Shown here one piece after another: positions 58,200-64,000 of a DNA stretch of 64,000 nt. The notes under the pieces were generated by a model. It did no database searches and was not told the DNA's origin. It saw only the letters and a program-made list of their open reading frames with translations. The stretch's first letter is position 1, and every line of letters starts with the position of its first letter. The translations under genes were made by a program, and so were the position numbers. Source of the stretch: a candidate division FCPU426 bacterium (GTDB lineage Bacteria > Oederibacteriota > PGYV01 > Palsa-1178); contig CAWIXE010000002.1 in NCBI GenBank assembly GCA_963840035.1, positions 192,001 through 256,000 on the forward strand. The letters run 5' to 3'.

Positions 58200-59081
58200 A
58201 TGGTGAAGCAAAACGTAAATGAAATTTTAAAAGAGATTTTTAATAAAATTCGACCTCAAATAGATGGAAATAATAGTTTTAAGAGTATCGACCTGAGTGC
58301 GCTTACGGAAAAAGAAAAGAAAATATTTCAACAATATGCTGCGCAAGCAAAAAACACCATAGAACATTCATACCAAGACAGGAAAGGGAAAAAGCATTCA
58401 TTTGAATTTAATGGGCATATTAATTTGTTGTTTTGCCAAATTTTCAATGAAATGTTAATAATTGATTCGTATTTGAATTTTAGTGAAAAATACCATGTTG
58501 AAATATTTAGAAAGTTAGTTCGACAAATCGGAGGACGTAAAAGGAAATACGATTTTTATAATGATTTAGAAAATGATGTTCAACGCGACTCGTATTTCGC
58601 TTTAGGTTTTACATTTCCCGAAAAGTTAAGATATTCAATTTTTGTGTATTTGTGGAGTTTGTTTGAAAATTGGTTGTATAATATTTGTGATTATTTACAA
58701 AAGATGTATTCAAAAAAGACAATTTTTGATGAAATGAAAGGTAGCAAAATTGAAAATGCAAAGAAATACTTTAAGGATGTAATTGGTTTAAGGATTTCGT
58801 TGGATGGGAATTGGAACTTTTTACTCTCGTGTAATAAAATACGGCATGTATTAGTTCACAATAATGGGATAATTAGCGGAACAAAATATGAAAAAGAAAT
58901 TCGAAGATTTGTTGCTGCGAACAAGAAAAATGTTCGAATAACTATAAAATCAAATTGGCACAACGAAAGAAGTGATGCATTAGAGTTGAAGCGAGGTTTT
59001 AGTTTTGAGTGCACAAAGATAATGCGTGTTTTTTTGTACAAAATATACAAAAGTATTGAAAATTATGGAAGTGAAACATAA
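58200..59081 (+). CDS. Low-GC hypothetical protein with HEPN-like RxxxxH motif
   Basis: IRHVLVHNNG and upstream WSLFENWL helix; visibly AT-rich compared with neighbours. Confidence 0.65.
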   Translation: MVKQNVNEILKEIFNKIRPQIDGNNSFKSIDLSALTEKEKKIFQQYAAQAKNTIEHSYQDRKGKKHSFEFNGHINLLFCQIFNEMLIIDSYLNFSEKYHVEIFRKLVRQIGGRKRKYDFYNDLENDVQRDSYFALGFTFPEKLRYSIFVYLWSLFENWLYNICDYLQKMYSKKTIFDEMKGSKIENAKKYFKDVIGLRISLDGNWNFLLSCNKIRHVLVHNNGIISGTKYEKEIRRFVAANKKNVRITIKSNWHNERSDALELKRGFSFECTKIMRVFLYKIYKSIENYGSET

Positions 59082-59147
59082 AAGTGTTGTTCGTGTTTGA
59101 AAATGCAATTTATTGAAAAGAAAACAAATATGAAGCGCGGAGGCTTT

Positions 59148-60107
59148 ATGCAAAACCGAAAACTCGGCTGGACCGGCCTTAACCTATCCACCATCGGTCT
59201 CGGCACCTGGGCCGCAGGCGGTGGGGATTGGAAGTTTGGGTGGGGGCCGCAGGATGATAATGATACAATCAGGACCATACATGAGGCTTTAGATACCGGA
59301 ATTAACTGGATTGATACCGCCGCTGTGTATGGACTTGGTCATTCTGAAGTTGTGGTGGGGAAGTCGATTAAAGTCATTCGTAATCAAGTCATTATCGCCA
59401 CTAAGTGTGAGCGGCATTGGAAGGCTGATGGGAGTGAGATATTTGGGGTTTTGAAGAAAGCTTCCATTAAAAAAGAATGCGAAGAATCGCTGGCTCGCCT
59501 TGGGACTGACCGGATTGACCTTTATCAGATACACTGGCCTCAGCCGGAAGAAGATATCGTAGAGGGTTGGGAAGCTATACAGGAACTTATAAAAGAGGGG
59601 AAAGTTCGGTTTGGCGGGGTTTCTAACTTTTCTACTTCTCAGATGAAAAACATCTGGCCTTCGGGGAAGATTGCTTCACTTCAGCCTCCTTACAGCATGT
59701 TCAGGCGGGGGGTGGAGGCGGAGCAGATGGGGTATTGTGCCGCTAATAACATCGGGATGATTGTTTATTCTCCTATGGAGAAGGGGCTTTTGACCGGGAA
59801 GGTGACGGCGGAGTGGGTGAAGAACCTGGATGAGAGCGACCACCGGAAGCGGGATGGGAATTTTAATGAACCTTTACTTTCGAAAAACCTGGCTATAATA
59901 GAAAAACTGAAGGCTGTGGCTTTGAAAGTCGGTATAACTTTGAGCCAGTTGGCTTTGGCGTGGGTGTTACGGCGGCCGGAAGTGACGGCGGCTATTGTGG
60001 GGGCGAGGAAACCAGGGCAGATAACGGAGACTGCGAAGGCGGGGGATTTGGTTTTGACGGGGGATGTGATTGCGGAGGTTGAGGGGATATTAAAAGAACG
60101 GGTATAA
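59148..60107 (+). CDS. Aldo/keto reductase
   Basis: IGLGTW, GINWIDTAAVYG.G.SE, IATK, LGTDRIDLYQIHWP, GVSNF, YSPM..GLLTGK. Confidence 0.95.
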   Translation: MQNRKLGWTGLNLSTIGLGTWAAGGGDWKFGWGPQDDNDTIRTIHEALDTGINWIDTAAVYGLGHSEVVVGKSIKVIRNQVIIATKCERHWKADGSEIFGVLKKASIKKECEESLARLGTDRIDLYQIHWPQPEEDIVEGWEAIQELIKEGKVRFGGVSNFSTSQMKNIWPSGKIASLQPPYSMFRRGVEAEQMGYCAANNIGMIVYSPMEKGLLTGKVTAEWVKNLDESDHRKRDGNFNEPLLSKNLAIIEKLKAVALKVGITLSQLALAWVLRRPEVTAAIVGARKPGQITETAKAGDLVLTGDVIAEVEGILKERV

Positions 60108-60130
60108 TTGGCGATTATAAAGCCAGCGTC

Positions 60131-60232
60131 TGAGCCGCAGCATCCTTCGACAAGCTCAGGATTAGGCAGCGGCTCTACGAAGGCTAAATACAAAAGCCTG
60201 CGTTGCGGGCGGCCACATGGGGCCGCCCCTAC
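60131..60232. repeat. REP-like palindromes, the first carrying a nested CTTCGACAAGCTCAG module
   Basis: 60131-60178 is identical to 62516-62563; second REP gggcggccacatggggccgcccctac at ~60207-60232. Confidence 0.8.
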
Positions 60233-60252
60233 GGGGAGATATTGGTGGTTAA

Positions 60253-60585
60253 ATGAAAAAAATGATTTCAATATTATTGACTGCGGCGGTTTTGTTTAAT
60301 GTCTTTTCTGGATGCGCTACGGTCAGCCAGAGGACTGATACGGAACCTGTACAGCAGGATAAACCCGGTATTTTCGGAAAGAATACCTTGGGTAAATTTC
60401 TTGGCGGGCTTGCCGGGGGAGGGTTGGGGTTTTTGATTTCTTTACCTGTCTATGCCGCTCTGTCTAAAAACCAAGATTCATATGTGCAGGTAATGTTCAT
60501 TTTTTTAATACCGCTTATAACTGTGGTAGGTGCCGGAACAGGTGCCATTGCAGGGGATGTGGTTGAGGAAACCATTAAAAAATAA
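60253..60585 (+). CDS. Small lipoprotein with glycine-zipper-like hydrophobic hairpin
   Basis: FSGC lipobox; GGLAGGGLG and GAGTGAIAG. Confidence 0.65.
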   Translation: MKKMISILLTAAVLFNVFSGCATVSQRTDTEPVQQDKPGIFGKNTLGKFLGGLAGGGLGFLISLPVYAALSKNQDSYVQVMFIFLIPLITVVGAGTGAIAGDVVEETIKK

Positions 60586-60672
60586 TACCTGCATACGCAC
60601 CCCGGTGGGGCGTAGATCCGTCTCCGCTAAAGCTTCGACGGACATGGGGGTGCGATTATTAAGGAGGAATAC

Positions 60673-61197
60673 ATGAAAAACATATTTCAGGCTTTGGCAA
60701 AGTACAACAGCAATGTTAACATGGAGATTGCGGGGATTTTGGAAGGCATGACGGCAGAGAAGCTGGAGGAAAAGACAAAAGCTTTTTATCCCACTGTTAA
60801 GGATTGTCTTTTCCATGTGTTTGCCAGCGATTTTGCCATGTGCAGGCGGTATAAGCTGGCTTTGCCCGGGAGCGGGGTGCTTTCATCCGCACTTCTTTTG
60901 GACGCGGATATTGAGAAGATAAAAAGCGAATCTTCGGCAGACATAAAGGCTTTCTTTAAGTACCGCAGGGAGCTCGACGGGCTTTTGGCTGGGTTTGTGG
61001 GGGAACTGACGGATGAACAGCTGATGATGCCTTTCCACTACACCAATTACAAAAAGGAAAAGGTCGAGACTGTAATGTGGAAAATGCTGCTGCATAATTT
61101 CAACCACCAGACCCATCATAGAGGCGGGCTTGCGGCCATGCTGGATATACTGGGGGTAAAGAATGATTTTTCGGGGACACTGAATAAGATAAATTGA
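60673..61197 (+). CDS. DinB/YfiT family protein
   Basis: LAKYN...N, HV..SD, HNFNHQTHHRG. Confidence 0.9.
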   Translation: MKNIFQALAKYNSNVNMEIAGILEGMTAEKLEEKTKAFYPTVKDCLFHVFASDFAMCRRYKLALPGSGVLSSALLLDADIEKIKSESSADIKAFFKYRRELDGLLAGFVGELTDEQLMMPFHYTNYKKEKVETVMWKMLLHNFNHQTHHRGGLAAMLDILGVKNDFSGTLNKIN

Positions 61198-61228
61198 TAA
61201 TTGCCGATTAGAGGCAAAATCCGGCGTT

Positions 61229-61503
61229 TGAGCCGCAGCAAGCGGCGGCTCTACGGGGTTGTAAGGATTGTAAATTTTTGATTTTGTAGAGCCACCGCTT
61301 GCATATGTCATGAGCTCAATAATATACTCATGCCATATACATATCGAATGGCTGCGGCTCAGGGCAGGAATTCGTAGTCGCAGGCCTTCCGCCTTCGCTG
61401 AAGCTTCGGCGGACGAGTATCGGCCTGCGCCTACATACGGCATTGACGGACGCGAACGGACGACGGACCAAAGGCCCGCGTGCGCACCCCGGTGGGGCGT
61501 AGA
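61229..61503. repeat. REP-like palindrome cluster with nested CCTTCGCTGAAGCTTCGGCGG module
   Basis: Elements at 61229, 61286, 61375-61434 and 61483. Confidence 0.7.
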
Positions 61504-61621
61504 GGGTGCGACTACGAATACTTAGGGCTTTTATCCTTCTTATAGCGTTCGAGAATCGAGAATTGAAAATTGATCAGCAAGCTGGGAAGGGTATTATAAT
61601 AAAACCTGCTTAGGAGAACAT

Positions 61622-62446
61622 ATGAAAAAATTTCTTGTAATCATCACTACCTTGATCCTGGTTCTTGTCGCCGGGATATTTGTTTTGTTGGCTCCTGCTA
61701 TTGGCAACTTGTCTAAGGCGGGGGTTGTGGATGTTAATGATAACCTTAAGGTCTTTACCGGCGGGGGGAATTCGGCGGTTTATGTTACTCCTTTTAAGTC
61801 AGCTATAATCATTGTTGATACTAAGTTCGGGGGGGCTTCAAAAACTCTTAAGCAATATACTGACAGTGTGAATCCTAAGGCTAAGGTTACCATTATAAAT
61901 ACACATTTGCACGCTGACCATGTGGGCGGGGATTCTCTTTATCCGGGGGCTGAAGTTATAATGGGCGGGGGGGATGGGGTAAAGACCGGGAATCTCGCGG
62001 ACAGGGTTATAAAACCCGGGGAATCTTATGTTATCAAAATTGACGGGGATGAAATAATAGTGCGCAATATGGGGGTCGGGCATTCTTTTGCCGATATGGT
62101 TGTTTATTTTAAAAATGAAAAACTTCTTATGACCGGGGACCTTGTCTTTAATGGGTGGCATCCTGTGCTGATAAAACAGGGTGGGGCTGATATTGGAAAA
62201 TGGGTGAAGGACCTGGAGTTTTTGCAGGCGAATTATGACGCGAAGACCGTGGTGCCGGGGCATGGGGAGGTTTCAGGGGGGAATATTTTACAGGAACAGA
62301 AGGAGTATTTTGAGGGCATAAAGGCGGCTTTGACGGATCCTGAAAAAATGAAGGCTTTGAAAGAGAAGTATAAGGGATATAACCAGATGCCGTTTTTCAC
62401 GGGAGTTGACAGGACGGCGGAGTTTATGAAAAGCACTGGCTATTGA
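61622..62446 (+). CDS. MBL-fold metallo-hydrolase (exported or membrane-anchored)
   Basis: NTHLHADHVGG, GHS..D, TGDL, VVPGHG; N-terminal hydrophobic segment. Confidence 0.9.
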   Translation: MKKFLVIITTLILVLVAGIFVLLAPAIGNLSKAGVVDVNDNLKVFTGGGNSAVYVTPFKSAIIIVDTKFGGASKTLKQYTDSVNPKAKVTIINTHLHADHVGGDSLYPGAEVIMGGGDGVKTGNLADRVIKPGESYVIKIDGDEIIVRNMGVGHSFADMVVYFKNEKLLMTGDLVFNGWHPVLIKQGGADIGKWVKDLEFLQANYDAKTVVPGHGEVSGGNILQEQKEYFEGIKAALTDPEKMKALKEKYKGYNQMPFFTGVDRTAEFMKSTGY

Positions 62447-62595
62447 GCCATAGTAATATGTAGTTGTAGAGAGGGGGCTTGCCCCCTCTCAAACCAGGTA
62501 TTAAAACCCAGTGTCTGAGCCGCAGCATCCTTCGACAAGCTCAGGATTAGGCAGCGGCTCTACGAAGAGCAATACAAGAACAAGGCGGTTTGTCT

Positions 62596-62646
62596 TCGTA
62601 GGGGCGAGCCGGTGGCTCGCCCGGGTTTAGATTTAAGAACGCAAAC
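62596..62646. repeat. 51-bp REP-containing direct repeat (left of tfoX-like gene)
   Basis: Matches 63130-63180 with two substitutions. Confidence 0.85.
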
Positions 62647-62683
62647 GGATGATGGAACAAATACCAAAAACTAAGGATAAACC

Positions 62684-63031
62684 ATGGCCACTGATAAAAG
62701 CTTTGCTGATTTTGTCCTGGACCAGATGCGGGGCGCGGGCACGGCTACCTGCAAAAAGATGTTCGGCGAGTACGGGGTGTATTTGAATTCCGTTATTGTC
62801 GGGCTCATATGCGATAATCAGTTTTTTGCCAAACCTACTGCCGCGGGCAGGGCTTATATAGAGTCAAGCAGCCGCCTTTCAGAAGCGCCTCCTTATACCG
62901 GCGCTAAAAAATACTTCCTCATAGATGACAAACTCGACGACCCGGCGTGGATGAGCGGGCTGATGAAAGCTTCTTACGCGGAGCTGGCTGTTTTGGAAAA
63001 AGGGAAGAAGAAGGCAAAGAAGAGAAAGTAA
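62684..63031 (+). CDS. TfoX N-terminal domain protein
   Basis: FADFVLDQ, KKMFGEYGVY, GLICDNQFFAKPT..G, PPYTGAK. Confidence 0.9.
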   Translation: MATDKSFADFVLDQMRGAGTATCKKMFGEYGVYLNSVIVGLICDNQFFAKPTAAGRAYIESSSRLSEAPPYTGAKKYFLIDDKLDDPAWMSGLMKASYAELAVLEKGKKKAKKRK

Positions 63032-63084
63032 GGGGCCAAAGACCCGCGTGCGTACTAAAAACAAATACATAAAGCCGACGTTTC

Positions 63085-63180
63085 GGGCGAGCCACCGGCT
63101 CGCCCCTACGAAGGCAGAGCGGCTTGTTCTCGTAGGGGCGAGTCGGTGACTCGCCCGGGTTTAGATTTAAGAACGCAAAC
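63085..63180. repeat. Inverted + direct GTAGGGGCGAG REP pair (right of tfoX-like gene)
   Basis: gggcgagccaccggctcgcccctacg at ~63085-63110 and the direct repeat at 63130-63180. Confidence 0.85.
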
Positions 63181-63291
63181 CACACCGACCGAAAGTCTAT
63201 AAATCTTTCATTAAACCCATTGCTCCGTTGACATTGCTCGTGAATGCATTTAAAATGTCATGTGTTTTATACTAAATAAACGGGGTGGAAA

Positions 63292-63969
63292 ATGAAAAAA
63301 GTTATTTCGATTTTGCTGGTTGTCCTTGTTTTTGTTTTTATCGGATGTAAAAAGGAAAATAAACCGTCAGACCCTTCGGCTGCGGTTAATACGAGTACCA
63401 TTACGCCGACTCACTCGGTCTCTCCGACCATAACTATTACACCGACTGCTACCACGACTGCCACTGGTACTTTTACAACGACGCCCACGGCTACCAGGAC
63501 CCCGGGATGCGTTTATAAAATCGGAAACAACAGCGAAGATACTTCAAATACCGCTAATTTGTCGCTGGTTTACGCCGAGCCATATACGCCGTCTTCAACC
63601 GTTATAATTAATACGCTTTCAATGACCGTGCAGTCAGCTACACGGTACTGGATAGCGTTGTATTCCGATAACAGCGGCGAGCCGGGAAGCATGATAACTT
63701 CGACCGGGATAAAGCCGGCTGCCGGAACCGGGGTGTTAAGCGGACAGATACCTGAACAGACACTCACAGGCGGCACGCAATACTGGCTGGTGGCACGTCC
63801 TGAAACCAACAGCGTCACTTATGATGTGATACCCGACTTCGCGCACAGGTACATAGAGTATGGCTTTAATACCATAGAAAGCGGCACCCCGCCTCCAAGC
63901 GGAGCCGCGTGGATTTACGAAACAGGCTTCAGCATGCATGTGAGCGCGTCGTACTGCAATAATTACTAA
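63292..63969 (+). CDS. Hypothetical lipoprotein with Thr/Pro stalk and beta-rich domain
   Basis: FIG-CKKENKP; TITPT.. stalk; IALYSDNSGEPG...LTGGTQYWLV. Confidence 0.75.
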   Translation: MKKVISILLVVLVFVFIGCKKENKPSDPSAAVNTSTITPTHSVSPTITITPTATTTATGTFTTTPTATRTPGCVYKIGNNSEDTSNTANLSLVYAEPYTPSSTVIINTLSMTVQSATRYWIALYSDNSGEPGSMITSTGIKPAAGTGVLSGQIPEQTLTGGTQYWLVARPETNSVTYDVIPDFAHRYIEYGFNTIESGTPPPSGAAWIYETGFSMHVSASYCNNY

Positions 63970-64000
63970 ATAATACGGTTTTGTAGAGAGGGGGCTTGCC

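Noticed and set aside
52571..63969. Integron cassette array
   Set aside because: No tyrosine integrase is present, and I could not find consistent RYYYAAC...GTTRRRY attC boundaries. The palindromes are mostly GTAG-type REPs.

Overview
Bacterial chromosomal window from a diderm organism (outer-membrane beta-barrel, two TolC-family genes). All but one supportable gene lies on the + strand. (1) 0.2-29 kb is a plant-glucan degradation cluster with six secreted modular glycoside hydrolases (3x GH9, 2x GH5, 1x GH116). Each has a very long Thr/Pro stalk and a shared C-terminal 'YPNP...' domain resembling a T9SS type-A/FlgD-Ig sorting domain. No cohesin, dockerin or SusCD genes are seen. The cluster also holds an OM beta-barrel plus alginate-lyase-like lipoprotein operon and four LacI-family genes, one lacking its HTH. 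Two distinct palindromic operators are visible. The architecture recalls candidate-phylum cellulose degraders such as Ca. Goldbacteria (inference only). (2) 27-52 kb holds a four-helix-bundle gene inside inverted repeat arrays, tolC-macAB, a frameshifted hppA, a small GIY-YIG nuclease embedded in REP-like palindromes, and ychF. It also holds a signal-peptide-bearing Hsp20 between two paralogous secreted KEA-rich proteins, TolC plus two RND pumps with no adaptor, and a 7-unit tandem array of ~97-bp hairpins. (3) 52-64 kb is a run of co-oriented accessory genes separated by several REP-like palindrome families, some nested, and includes a low-GC HEPN-like gene. The best candidates for undescribed systems are the CTD/Thr-stalk enzyme display system with its HTH-less LacI, the exported sHSP module, and the nuclease- or four-helix-bundle-associated repeat elements. 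All family calls come from motif recognition by eye; no searches were run.
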